Assembly: GCA_020697715.1 (NCBI GenBank)
Contig: JAEHCO010000001.1
Coordinates: 2,222 to 66,221, forward strand
Source: Methanobacteriota archaeon
GTDB taxonomy: Archaea; Thermoplasmatota; Thermoplasmata; SG8-5; JAGLSY01
Length of the DNA: 64,000 nt
Direction of reading: 5' to 3'
Within the stretch, counting starts at the first letter, position 1; each line of letters starts with the position of its first letter. The translations under genes were made by a program, and so were the position numbers. Under the pieces are notes generated by a model. The model had not been told where the DNA came from, searched no databases, and worked only from the letters and a program-made list of their open reading frames with translations. Positions 10,240 to 20,101 of this stretch are shown piece after piece.

Positions 10240-11414
10240 TTGCCACTGCGGACGATATCCTTCACACCCTCTACCAGATCCTTGGACCCGGCCTTGGTCA
10301 GCACATCGATGGCTTTGTGTATGTTCATGACCGCCAGGTCCACCCTGCCGATCTTCATGTATATGCTTGCCAGCTCATACTGGATGACACCAAGATCATA
10401 TACCATCTTCAGACTTTCCATACGCCTTTCAGCCCTGCGGATCCATTCTATTCCCTCTTCAGGGCGATCATTGGCCACCTCTATCAATCCAGTGACGACC
10501 CACATGCAGGCCACTGCGAATTTATCTTCACTACCCTCCAAAATGACCTTGGCATTATCAAGACTGGCCTGTGCCGCGGAGATATCACCCTTGCGAATCT
10601 GGCATTCGGCCAAATTGGTCAAAAGATAGCCCAATTGTCTTTCCTTACCAGAGTCCAGAATGGATATGCCCTCCTGATACGAAATTATGGCATTATCGAA
10701 TTGCTTCATCCTCTTGTATATCTCACCCTGATTGTTCAATGCCCGGGCCAGGTCAGCTGGATTGGCCATATTCCTGTAAGTGGATACAGATAATTTAGCG
10801 GCTTGAAGTGCCTTGTCGAACTCTGCTAGCTCGTACCAGCATGAGCATAGTATACCAGCAGCTCCAGCTGTAAGCATGTTCTCATCATTCTCTAGACCGA
10901 TCTCCAAAACTTTCTCGGCCATCTGGATCGCATCCTTGTTCTTCCCACTTCGCCATAGAACATTAGCCTGGCCAGCCAATGCACGACCATACTGCACCTG
11001 GTTCTTGAAGTTCTGAACCAGTTTTTCAGCCTCCTTGAACCTCTCCATAGCACCATCACGGTTCCCCATTCGATTGAGTGTGAAGCCACTGGTATTCAGC
11101 ATCCTGGCCAGTGTCTCTCTATCATTCAATTTCCGGGCACCGTCTATCACATGGTCCGAGTACATTATATTGTCCACTAGGCGTCCTTCTATCCTTGTGA
11201 TCTCTACTAGAACATCATATATGCTCATCTTATCGCGTAGGTCGGATTCATGTGTTCCAGTCACATCATGGAGAATGGCCTTGCAGATATCCTTGGCCTT
11301 ATCATAATTCTTGGCATCTAGTGCCTGCTTCGCTTTCCCCAGCTCGGTATCGATATCAAACATATTAACAATTAACAATATGATACAAGAATAATAAAAC
11401 TTACGCATGATCAC
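10236..11414 (-). CDS. Tetratricopeptide-repeat protein with N-terminal signal/TM segment
   Basis: 392 aa; multiple 34-aa TPR-like units; 4-nt overlap with downstream dehydrogenase gene. Confidence 0.7.
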   Translation of the reverse strand: MIMRKFYYSCIILLIVNMFDIDTELGKAKQALDAKNYDKAKDICKAILHDVTGTHESDLRDKMSIYDVLVEITRIEGRLVDNIMYSDHVIDGARKLNDRETLARMLNTSGFTLNRMGNRDGAMERFKEAEKLVQNFKNQVQYGRALAGQANVLWRSGKNKDAIQMAEKVLEIGLENDENMLTAGAAGILCSCWYELAEFDKALQAAKLSVSTYRNMANPADLARALNNQGEIYKRMKQFDNAIISYQEGISILDSGKERQLGYLLTNLAECQIRKGDISAAQASLDNAKVILEGSEDKFAVACMWVVTGLIEVANDRPEEGIEWIRRAERRMESLKMVYDLGVIQYELASIYMKIGRVDLAVMNIHKAIDVLTKAGSKDLVEGVKDIVRSGK

Positions 11415-11435
11415 ATATCTGAGTTATTGGTAAGA

Positions 11436-12107
11436 TCACCAAATATACCTGTCCACCGCGCTGGTATCTTCCTCTTCAGTAGTCTGTACCTGAACTTCTT
11501 CGATCTCTTTTTCTTCCTTTTCTATCAAGCCCAGTTGGTATGCCAGACTCTTCACCAATTCCACCGCTTGGTCTTCAGGATACCCAGCCTCCACCATCTT
11601 GGTCTCGACCTCTTCCATGGGCGTGCCTTTGAGTAACTCGGCAGATCCCAAAGTGGCCATCTCCTTGGCAAAACGATTGTCCTCCTCTGTTTCACCAAGC
11701 TCGGCTATCAACCATCGGCCACCAAGTATAGTGGATTCCAATGCCAGATTGAATTCTTTCTTGTCCATATGCTGGGTGTATAGATCTGTCCTGAGGCAAA
11801 GAGTGTCATCCTCATCCATGAGAAAGAACTTGGAAAGACCCATGGCCTTGTTCTTCTTGAGAAGAGAACGGAAAACAGATTCAGCGATCTCCACTGGCTT
11901 GTCCTTTGTATATATGGCCGTTTTGACGGCAATGTAGGTGAGGTCATCATCTACCTGAATGATTATTTTGAAAGGCATCTGCTCAGTATCTATGACCATG
12001 GTACTTCCATCTTCCTCGATCATCCATCCATGGTCTACAGCTTGCTGGCTATCCTTAATGGTCTTCTCAAGCCATTTTCTTATCTTTTCCTGTGGGGAGT
12101 CGAACAT
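11436..12107 (-). CDS. Hypothetical protein with acidic C-terminal tail
   Basis: 223 aa ORF with clean codon usage; no confident family assignment. Confidence 0.4.
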   Translation of the reverse strand: MFDSPQEKIRKWLEKTIKDSQQAVDHGWMIEEDGSTMVIDTEQMPFKIIIQVDDDLTYIAVKTAIYTKDKPVEIAESVFRSLLKKNKAMGLSKFFLMDEDDTLCLRTDLYTQHMDKKEFNLALESTILGGRWLIAELGETEEDNRFAKEMATLGSAELLKGTPMEEVETKMVEAGYPEDQAVELVKSLAYQLGLIEKEEKEIEEVQVQTTEEEDTSAVDRYIW

Positions 12108-12194
12108 AGATGGGGAATCGGAATCATATGATAAAATATTTTCCAGAATAATATATGACCCAGAGCGGTGTTGGTCGCATTCTATTGCTTAGAA

Positions 12195-12824
12195 CTATTC
12201 CTGCCCGTCTTCTTCCTTAACAGCGGGCTTATCAGCCTCTGGAACCTGGCCTTGTGCTTCAGATGGTACAACAGGTGCCTCCCATCCAATGGGCTTTAGC
12301 TCGTCCTCATCATCAGCAGCCTCTTCCAACATCTGGTACCATTTTAAGGTATCAGACCTGAGTACCGCCCTTTCACGTTTGAATATGTGTGAAAGGAGTG
12401 CGTATTCACCTACGACCTTTCCTATAATGGTCGATACAAGAGCAACCGGGAATATTGTTACAATGGCTATCGATATATTCTGAATGACAAATACATAATA
12501 GAGGCCTATAAAGTCTCCAGCTACCCCGAACAATAGGGGTGAGAAAAGGGACAATGATATCAGTGATACTGCGGATATAGTCATTATTATGGAAGCGAAA
12601 ACTGAATGATGTAGCTCATCCATTGTTGTCAGGATGCCCAAAATAAAGCCGCAGAACAGGGGACTTATGAAAAGGATCTCACCACTCAGTGAGAGGCCCG
12701 TGGCGAATTTCAGGAAATTGCCACCAAAGAAAAAGGCCACTATAACTCCAGCGGATATAGACCATATCAGAAGCTTCAGCTTCCTTTTATTATCCATAGC
12801 ACCTGTATTTACATCATCCTGCAT
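12195..12824 (-). CDS. Multi-pass membrane protein with acidic cytoplasmic tail
   Basis: 209 aa; 4-5 hydrophobic helices then Glu/Asp/Pro-rich C-terminus; overlaps upstream gene by 11 nt. Confidence 0.5.
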   Translation of the reverse strand: MQDDVNTGAMDNKRKLKLLIWSISAGVIVAFFFGGNFLKFATGLSLSGEILFISPLFCGFILGILTTMDELHHSVFASIIMTISAVSLISLSLFSPLLFGVAGDFIGLYYVFVIQNISIAIVTIFPVALVSTIIGKVVGEYALLSHIFKRERAVLRSDTLKWYQMLEEAADDEDELKPIGWEAPVVPSEAQGQVPEADKPAVKEEDGQE

Positions 12825-13395
12825 TTACACTCACCTTGTCTCCATAATAGAACATGATAGAATCCTGAAGCCCACTGGAACCCATTATCTTGTAATGAGC
12901 CCTGCCCTGTATCAACACATATCCTGAACCATCTTCTGTGACATCCGTCAACTTTGAATAATATTCATTGTCAGAGTCAAATGTTATCGGTATATTGTAC
13001 ATTTGGCCGGTCCCTGCTTCCAATATATCATTTCCACTTGCGGAAGAGGTTATCATGCCAATATAATCATTGTAATCGGGACGAACTATAGGTTCATCGG
13101 AGATATATATCGAATATTCAATAAGATATATGTCAACGTCCAATCTGCTTTCAATATTAGAGACCGCGATATTTACATTTACGATCGAGTGATTATCTAA
13201 ATACGTAACGGATACTGAATCATCACCGTATGGCACATACGCACCAATATTCATCTGTGTCTCGGTTACTTTAGCATATTCATTGGATATGTAATAGATA
13301 CCATAAGCAGATATGAGAGCAGTAATTATTATACAGATGCCGATGATCTCAATGATCTCGCTTCTTTTTTTTATCTTGCCTGTATCGCTCATCAT
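12814..13395 (-). CDS. Membrane-anchored extracellular protein (single N-terminal TM)
   Basis: 193 aa; N-terminal hydrophobic helix then hydrophilic Tyr/Ser/Asp-rich domain; promoter carries conserved TTGTAC motif. Confidence 0.5.
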   Translation of the reverse strand: MMSDTGKIKKRSEIIEIIGICIIITALISAYGIYYISNEYAKVTETQMNIGAYVPYGDDSVSVTYLDNHSIVNVNIAVSNIESRLDVDIYLIEYSIYISDEPIVRPDYNDYIGMITSSASGNDILEAGTGQMYNIPITFDSDNEYYSKLTDVTEDGSGYVLIQGRAHYKIMGSSGLQDSIMFYYGDKVSVNAG

Positions 13396-13427
13396 ATGGA
13401 GAATGTCAGACTAATATAAAAGCGAAG

Positions 13428-13470
13428 TTGTACGGTTTTTTGTATAATATAAAATCTTTGTGGTACAGGC
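13428..13470 (-). promoter_or_regulatory. Conserved promoter/operator motif, copy a (TTGTACGG-N-TTTTGTATAATAT-N-TTTGTGGTACA)
   Basis: About 45-bp motif shared with 23232-23286 and 24505-24545; 33-75 bp upstream of the 12814-13395 start; contains TATA-like TTATATTA on the gene strand. Confidence 0.45.
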
Positions 13471-13560
13471 TTTTGTATTCCTACCATTTATAATATCCAG
13501 AACATGAAGAGATACCATATTGAAAATTAATAAAAATATAAAATTCGAAAATTAATGGGA

Positions 13561-13587
13561 TCAGCTTCGGCCTACGACCGAAGCTGA
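13561..13587 (-). terminator. Perfect 10-bp-stem hairpin followed by T-rich tract, likely terminator of the opp operon
   Basis: TCAGCTTCGG-CCTACGA-CCGAAGCTGA inverted repeat 17 nt downstream of oppF stop; T-rich run on gene strand. Confidence 0.5.
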
Positions 13588-13603
13588 CATTATGTTTTTC
13601 CTA

Positions 13604-14713
13604 TCAGGCTACCTGACGAGCTTCTGGAGCTTCAGTTGCTGGCTCGGTCTTTTCAGCAGCCTTCACCTGATCCTCAAAGGTTGGGATCTTAGGTTCATCC
13701 GTGCGGAAGTTTATATCTCCTGCAAAGTGGCATTGTATGAAGTGACCGGTCTTGATCTCCTTGGTATCAGGCTTCTTCTCCTTACATATATCCTTTGCAT
13801 AAAGACATCTTGGGTGGAATGAACATCCAGAAGGTATGTTCATAGCTGATGGAAGATCTCCCTTGATCTCCGTCCTGCCACGCTCCATAGCCGGATCTGG
13901 TATCGGAACCGCGGAAAGAAGAGCTCTGGTGTATGGGTGATTAGAGTCGTGTATGATCTCCTCAGCTGGTGCGTATTCCACAATATTTCCCAGATACATA
14001 ACAGCGATATGATCGCTCATGTACCTTGACACGGAAAGATCGTGTGTTACGAACATGAAGGGGATATTGTATCTATCCTTCAGACCTAGCATGAGGTTCA
14101 TAATTCCTGCCCTGATCGATACATCCAGCATGGATACAGGTTCATCAGCCACTATGAACTCCGGCCTTAATGCCAGTGTTCTCGCGATAGCAACCCTCTG
14201 TCTCTGTCCACCACTCAACTCGTGTGGGTATCTTCCCATGTATTCGGAGGATGGTTTCAATTCCGCATACTCAAGTGCCTTTGCGACCATGTCCTCTCTT
14301 TCCTCATAGGATTCTCCAACACCGTGAACGAGCAATGGCTCCACCACTGTGCCGAATACCGTGAACCTTGGATTCAGAGATTCATATGGATCCTGGAAGA
14401 TCATCTGGACCTTTCGCCTGAAATCTTTCAGTTCAGAACCTTTCTTCGCGGCAATGTCCTCACCCTGGAAGAACATGTTACCTGCAGTGGGGTCTTCCAA
14501 TCGCACAAGGAGTCGACCGACCGTGGTCTTACCACAGCCACTCTCTCCAACAAGTCCAAGGATCTTTCCCTTTTTGACCTGGAATGAGATATCATCGACC
14601 GCATGTACGAACATAGATTCCTTACTCATCAATGATGATAGGAAACCTCCGGACATTTCGAAATATTTTCTTAGATTCACCACATCGAATATTACATCAT
14701 CGTCTGCCATCAT
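13604..14713 (-). CDS. Oligopeptide/dipeptide ABC transporter ATP-binding protein (OppF/DppF-like)
   Basis: 369 aa; Walker A GESGCGKTT, ABC signature LSGGQRQR, Walker B, C-terminal Opp-type extension. Confidence 0.9.
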   Translation of the reverse strand: MMADDDVIFDVVNLRKYFEMSGGFLSSLMSKESMFVHAVDDISFQVKKGKILGLVGESGCGKTTVGRLLVRLEDPTAGNMFFQGEDIAAKKGSELKDFRRKVQMIFQDPYESLNPRFTVFGTVVEPLLVHGVGESYEEREDMVAKALEYAELKPSSEYMGRYPHELSGGQRQRVAIARTLALRPEFIVADEPVSMLDVSIRAGIMNLMLGLKDRYNIPFMFVTHDLSVSRYMSDHIAVMYLGNIVEYAPAEEIIHDSNHPYTRALLSAVPIPDPAMERGRTEIKGDLPSAMNIPSGCSFHPRCLYAKDICKEKKPDTKEIKTGHFIQCHFAGDINFRTDEPKIPTFEDQVKAAEKTEPATEAPEARQVA

Positions 14714-15738
14714 CTCACCTCCTTCAATTGGCCATTGAACAGCTCAAGCGCGAAATGACACAAGGAAAAGTGGTTTGGTTCAACCTCGATCGTCTCTGGT
14801 TCCTGGTCCTTACATATTTCCTTTGCATATTTGCATCTTGGATGGAATTTACATCCAGATGGTGGGTTTGCAAGGTCAGGTGGTGAACCAGGGATAGAAT
14901 AGAGTGGTTTCTTCTCACCAATGATACTTGGGAAAGAAGCAAGCAGACCCATAGCGTAAGGGTTCGCCGGTCTCTCAAATACCGCATCTATATCACCGTA
15001 CTCGAAGATCCTTCCAGCATACATGATACCTATCTTCTCAGCCACTTCCGCGACCACAGATATATCATGAGTGATGATGATCATAGCCATGCCCAGTTTC
15101 CTCTGAAGATCTCTGATCTCCGCCAGGACACGATCCTGCATGATCACATCCAATGCAGTCGTTGGTTCATCAGCTATAATGAGCTTCGGGTTGCAGGCAA
15201 GAGCCATAGCGATCATACCCCTCTGTCTCATTCCACCACTGTACTCGTGTGGATATCCATCTATTCTCTCAGAATCAAGCCCAACGAGCTTGAAAAGCTC
15301 AAGAACTCTTTTTCTTGCTTCCTGCTTAGTGATATCATCATGAGCCCTTATGGCTTCCGCTATCTGGTCTCCGACCTTAAATACAGGATTGAAAGCATTC
15401 ATCGCACTCTGGAAGATCATAGCTACTTCATCCCATCTAAAGTCGACCATGGTATTCTCCACGAACTTCTTTCTCTTTCTGGGGGATAGAGCCATTTCCT
15501 CTTCGCTTCCGGCAATGACCGTACCGTCGAAGGTTATCGTACCTTCGACGATGTCACCGTTATCTGGAAGAAGCCTGGTGATCGCATAGGCTGCTGTTGT
15601 CTTACCACATCCAGATTCACCGACAAGGCCAAGGGTCTCCCCTCTGTCCAGCTTTAGTGTTACTTTCTCGACAGCCTTGACTGTTCCTCTTTGAATGCCG
15701 TAATGCACACTTACATTATCTATTTCTAACAGTGCCAT
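14710..15738 (-). CDS. Oligopeptide/dipeptide ABC transporter ATP-binding protein (OppD/DppD-like)
   Basis: 342 aa; Walker A GESGCGKTT, signature YSGGMRQR; 4-nt overlap with oppF-like gene. Confidence 0.9.
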   Translation of the reverse strand: MALLEIDNVSVHYGIQRGTVKAVEKVTLKLDRGETLGLVGESGCGKTTAAYAITRLLPDNGDIVEGTITFDGTVIAGSEEEMALSPRKRKKFVENTMVDFRWDEVAMIFQSAMNAFNPVFKVGDQIAEAIRAHDDITKQEARKRVLELFKLVGLDSERIDGYPHEYSGGMRQRGMIAMALACNPKLIIADEPTTALDVIMQDRVLAEIRDLQRKLGMAMIIITHDISVVAEVAEKIGIMYAGRIFEYGDIDAVFERPANPYAMGLLASFPSIIGEKKPLYSIPGSPPDLANPPSGCKFHPRCKYAKEICKDQEPETIEVEPNHFSLCHFALELFNGQLKEVR

Positions 15739-15743
15739 TTAAA

Positions 15744-18047
15744 TCACCTCCTCCTCAATCTTGGATTAACGATCTCATCAAACGCCCTTCCAAGAAGGAA
15801 GAAAGACAAACATATCAGAGTGATACATATGCCAGGCGGCAATAGCCACCACCATGCGGTCAATGCATTTGCATGCTGAACGAAGTTCAACATCATTCCC
15901 CAGCTCATAGTACGCGGGTCACCCAATCCAATGAAACTCAATGAAGCTTCAGAAAGGATAGCACCACTGACATAGAAGGTCATGTACAGAACAGCCAATG
16001 GGAGAATGTTCGGAGCTATGTGCCTGAACATGATCCTCGTTTTGCTTGCTCCAGTGACCCTGGCTGAGTCGATGAAAGGCCTTTCCTTCAAAGTAAGGAC
16101 CTCTGATCTTATGACCCTGGCAGTTCCACCCCAACCTACAATACCAATTATGAACACGATATTGAACACACTCGGTTCCATCAGCGCCGCAAGAATAATA
16201 AGCAGCGGAAGGCCAGGAAGTGTCAAGATAACATCAGTGAACCTCATCAATATTATATCGACATTACCACCGTAATAACCTGAGACCAAACCTACGAGCA
16301 TACCTATGCTAATAGAGAATATAGCCGCAGCGAAACCGACCAATAGAGCTATTCTGGAACCCAGAAGAAGCTGGCTGAGAATATCTCTACCCTGAGCATC
16401 TGTGCCTAGTGGGTATTCAATACCACTTGCTGGCTTCTCATCATCTGGTACTGCCCATGTTGGCTTCAATGGAGCGATCATGGTTCCAGTACATCTGTGA
16501 GAATATACCTTTCCAGGCATAGGGTTACCATCTGAATCCAGGTATGAAGTGACAATAACCACTTCTCCCTCACCAATATGCTGAGATGTTTCGAGAGCGA
16601 AATCATCGTATACGATAGGTGAACCAAATGTCACGCCTTGTAAGTTCTTTCTCCATTTGACTATACCAGTCGCATCCAGACCATATATCTGGGTGAAATC
16701 ATCTGTTGGAGTTGCTGTGTCATTGGTATTCTTCACTGCGACAAAGATAAGTCTTGAGTAGACAGAGTCATAATATGGTGCTGCCACACAGGAAGTGTCC
16801 AAAACACCTTTGAGAGTTGTGTCAAAGTCCATCTTCACCATTGACTCAGCAGTGTCCACTCTTGCAGTTGTTGATAATCTATAGATATGGCCAGTATCTG
16901 AACCAACCACAAGCTCATCACCATCGGCTCTAACAGATGGTGAAGTAAGGTTTCCGAGATCAAGTTCTGTAAGTGTTACGTCGATCTTGTATCCACCTTC
17001 CCATCCAGTCAATGGTGTCAGATCAGCTGTCAATACATGAACCCTACCATCATCCGTCGATGCATAGACATTGGTTGCAGCACATACTGGAAATGATGAC
17101 CAATGGTCCCTTCTGTCATTAGCAGCTATCTCACCGGGATTGTCTCCAGGGTAATCATATAATGGATCATATAGATCATATTCACCGATCTTAGTTCCAT
17201 CCGATGTATTGAATGCGTAGATGATACCATCGCTAGATCCAACATAGACCTGTTCACCAGTAGAAGATATCGCTGGTTGAGTCAGTGTTGAATTTGATAC
17301 CTGGATGGTAGCCCTGATAGTGTACGAACCATCTATAATGTATAATGAGCCAGATTCAGTAGATGCGGCAAAGAGATCATCGCTGTTTAGAGTACTAACC
17401 GCATCCTGATAAATATCCACACCGGAAACAGAAGCACCTAGAATGAAAGTCTCTACATCATCACCTGATGGTGGATATTCTGAATCTAATCCATCATGAA
17501 GGAGATACAGGACACCACTCTGTGTTCCAAAGAGCAGTCTGAAATCCATTCCATTCGGGCTCCTCTTGGCTCCGAAGTTCATAGCTTCAACATTGGTCGT
17601 GATCTCAGAGTTGGTCTCAAATGCACCTGACCATCCTCGCCATGCTTTGCTTCCATCAGCTGATGATTTGGCATAAAGACCATAAGGCGATATGACCGAA
17701 TTCATATCGCTAAGAGGCAGACCACCCGCCACATAGAACCTGTCAACTTGCTTGGCATTTGCAGAGGGTATTATCCTCGCAGCCGCACTGTTAGTCACTA
17801 TTCCATTGGTTGTCTGGTCCAAGAAATTCTCAACATTGACCACGTCCTCATCAGGAGCAAACCAGTCTATCGGATGCTTCAATCCCATGAAGGGGGAGGC
17901 AGCTGCGATCAAAATGAAAGCGATCATTATTCCAAGTCCCAGAAGACCTACTTTATTCTCCTTAAAGAGATTCCAGTTATGTGTAAATGAACGTCTTGAG
18001 TCTCTGAACTTTTCTTTTATTTGTTTTGATGTAACCATTTTTCTCAC
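15744..18047 (-). CDS. ABC peptide transporter permease (OppC/DppC-like) with about 450-aa extracytoplasmic insertion after TM1
   Basis: 767 aa; canonical DppC N-terminal TM and C-terminal core (LGTDAQGRDILSQ…); insertion has beta-propeller-like repeats (YVGSSDGIIYAF, VYASTDDGRVHVL). Confidence 0.8.
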   Translation of the reverse strand: MRKMVTSKQIKEKFRDSRRSFTHNWNLFKENKVGLLGLGIMIAFILIAAASPFMGLKHPIDWFAPDEDVVNVENFLDQTTNGIVTNSAAARIIPSANAKQVDRFYVAGGLPLSDMNSVISPYGLYAKSSADGSKAWRGWSGAFETNSEITTNVEAMNFGAKRSPNGMDFRLLFGTQSGVLYLLHDGLDSEYPPSGDDVETFILGASVSGVDIYQDAVSTLNSDDLFAASTESGSLYIIDGSYTIRATIQVSNSTLTQPAISSTGEQVYVGSSDGIIYAFNTSDGTKIGEYDLYDPLYDYPGDNPGEIAANDRRDHWSSFPVCAATNVYASTDDGRVHVLTADLTPLTGWEGGYKIDVTLTELDLGNLTSPSVRADGDELVVGSDTGHIYRLSTTARVDTAESMVKMDFDTTLKGVLDTSCVAAPYYDSVYSRLIFVAVKNTNDTATPTDDFTQIYGLDATGIVKWRKNLQGVTFGSPIVYDDFALETSQHIGEGEVVIVTSYLDSDGNPMPGKVYSHRCTGTMIAPLKPTWAVPDDEKPASGIEYPLGTDAQGRDILSQLLLGSRIALLVGFAAAIFSISIGMLVGLVSGYYGGNVDIILMRFTDVILTLPGLPLLIILAALMEPSVFNIVFIIGIVGWGGTARVIRSEVLTLKERPFIDSARVTGASKTRIMFRHIAPNILPLAVLYMTFYVSGAILSEASLSFIGLGDPRTMSWGMMLNFVQHANALTAWWWLLPPGICITLICLSFFLLGRAFDEIVNPRLRRR

Positions 18048-18051
18048 CTCC

Positions 18052-20025
18052 TCACAATTGAACCCTCGGGTCTAGATATGCATACAATATATCGGCAAAC
18101 ATGTTTCCGAGAACGGTCATCAATGCCATTATGTAGAATGCACCCTGAACGATTGGATAGTTGTGTGTTAAAGTTCCTCTAACGAGGAGCGTTCCCATTC
18201 CAGGCCACGAAAAGATCGTTTCTGTCAACACACCACCACTGATGATACCACCGAGTGAAAGTGCCATCGATGTCACAACAGGCAACATCGCGTTCCTTGC
18301 TGCGTGTCTGTACACGACCTGTCTGGTCTTCAGACCCTTTGCCTTGGCCGTTGTAATGAAATCCTCACCCATGACCTCAAGCATAGAGCTTCGCATCAGA
18401 AGGATAGTGCCTGCAAGACCTAAGACCGTCAAGGTCATCAGTGGTAAGGTCAAATGCCATAACACATCAAGGAAATATTCCATACCTAAAAGTGTCTCAC
18501 CTGTAGCAGAAACACCTCCAAGACCACTTAGAGGGAACCATTCAAGTTGAACAAAGAACACCCATTGAGCTATCAAAGCAGACCAGAAGATCGGCATAGA
18601 ATACAAGAATAGTGTTACCACGATTGTACCTAATTCAATAGCTGTACCTCTTCTCCATGCAACTACGACACCAACTACAATACCTATCATGTAGCTCAAT
18701 ATCAAAGAGCTTCCGAAAAGAAGTAGAGTTGGTGGCACTCTTTCTATGATAACATCCCATACTGGTCTGTTATCTTCGAAGGAATTGCCAAAATCGAACA
18801 GAAGCATTGATTTCATATAGAAAGCGAATTGTTCGAACATTGTCCTGTCCACAATATCAGTAGGATGACTCAGAAAGATCGTTGCTACATGCCCATCTGG
18901 TTGGGTTATAACTCCTTCCAAAGCACCGGCAACTCTGTCCCCATTGCTCTTAGTGGCTGATACATTCACCATTATGGTGGGAATTGATGCCTGATCATAG
19001 ATGAATGGGTATTCGGCTTCTAATCCTTCACCGACCCTGTGCATTGTGAAATCCGACAGGATCGTTGAGTCTGCTGGTAATACAAGACTGGAAGAAGCAG
19101 CATTGACAGGGAAAGATGAAGATATCTCAATTCCATTATCTGTCTCAACCACCATACTGAACATACCATTTATCGCAATAGGATAAGAACCATTGAACCA
19201 GGTTCCATCTTGTGTGAGAGTTAATGGTTGGGATGTGATATTGTCTGGTGATGTCACTCTGATATCAGCGGTTGTCGCACCTTCTATTTGTGTCGAAATT
19301 ATGATATTTTCGCCATTGACAGCCACCTCATTATCGGCCATTGCAGTTCCAAGGTTCCACATTTTGAATGATGGAGTAACTGCCACGATATCATCTGATA
19401 AATCCGTAGTCACTTCGAACGTCATAGCTGCAGTTGCAATATTCTGATAGATGTCCCTTGCCTCAAACACAACTGTGTAATTCCTGTTAGCACCAACAAT
19501 AGACGTGTGATCGATCAATGCCATGTATGCACCAACTACGACCTCATTCATGACGAGATCGGAAGTGGTTTCATACCCAGGGTCCGTGACACTGTACTTA
19601 ACATTCCTTATACCCGCCACATCTTCGGCTTCAAATATCACAGCAATGGTGCTATTATCTAATGCCAGTGCGTCAATATTCCATATTGAAGGCGGGTTAA
19701 GATCAGTAATTGTGGGATCCATATTTACATCAAATGATGTCTGAACAGTATCCCCTTCAGTCTCGACCTCGATAGTATAATGTCCAATCCTCGTTGGGTT
19801 GAAATTATATATGAAATGATTTCCCGGATATTCTACCTCTTTGGCGAAACCATATCTCAAGGCTATTTGATCCTTTTCAATCTCTGTTATTCCTGGCTTC
19901 ATGAAAAGGCCCATTGCCGCATCTCCAGGCATCAGCCTGAACAATACGAACAAAAGCACCAGGACAATCAACAGGGTGACTACCATATGTATGGTTCGTT
20001 TAACCAGATATTTCCTCAATCTCAT
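18052..20025 (-). CDS. ABC peptide transporter permease (OppB/DppB-like) with about 350-aa extracytoplasmic insertion after TM1
   Basis: 657 aa; DppB-type N-terminus and C-terminal permease core; inserted beta-rich Ig-like domain. Confidence 0.8.
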   Translation of the reverse strand: MRLRKYLVKRTIHMVVTLLIVLVLLFVLFRLMPGDAAMGLFMKPGITEIEKDQIALRYGFAKEVEYPGNHFIYNFNPTRIGHYTIEVETEGDTVQTSFDVNMDPTITDLNPPSIWNIDALALDNSTIAVIFEAEDVAGIRNVKYSVTDPGYETTSDLVMNEVVVGAYMALIDHTSIVGANRNYTVVFEARDIYQNIATAAMTFEVTTDLSDDIVAVTPSFKMWNLGTAMADNEVAVNGENIIISTQIEGATTADIRVTSPDNITSQPLTLTQDGTWFNGSYPIAINGMFSMVVETDNGIEISSSFPVNAASSSLVLPADSTILSDFTMHRVGEGLEAEYPFIYDQASIPTIMVNVSATKSNGDRVAGALEGVITQPDGHVATIFLSHPTDIVDRTMFEQFAFYMKSMLLFDFGNSFEDNRPVWDVIIERVPPTLLLFGSSLILSYMIGIVVGVVVAWRRGTAIELGTIVVTLFLYSMPIFWSALIAQWVFFVQLEWFPLSGLGGVSATGETLLGMEYFLDVLWHLTLPLMTLTVLGLAGTILLMRSSMLEVMGEDFITTAKAKGLKTRQVVYRHAARNAMLPVVTSMALSLGGIISGGVLTETIFSWPGMGTLLVRGTLTHNYPIVQGAFYIMALMTVLGNMFADILYAYLDPRVQL

Positions 20026-20101
20026 TTAAACATCTCCGATTCCTTCCTATCTATCTCTCTCGGGACTCCCGAAAAAAAGAAAAGGAAGGGCACTAGCTAA
20101 G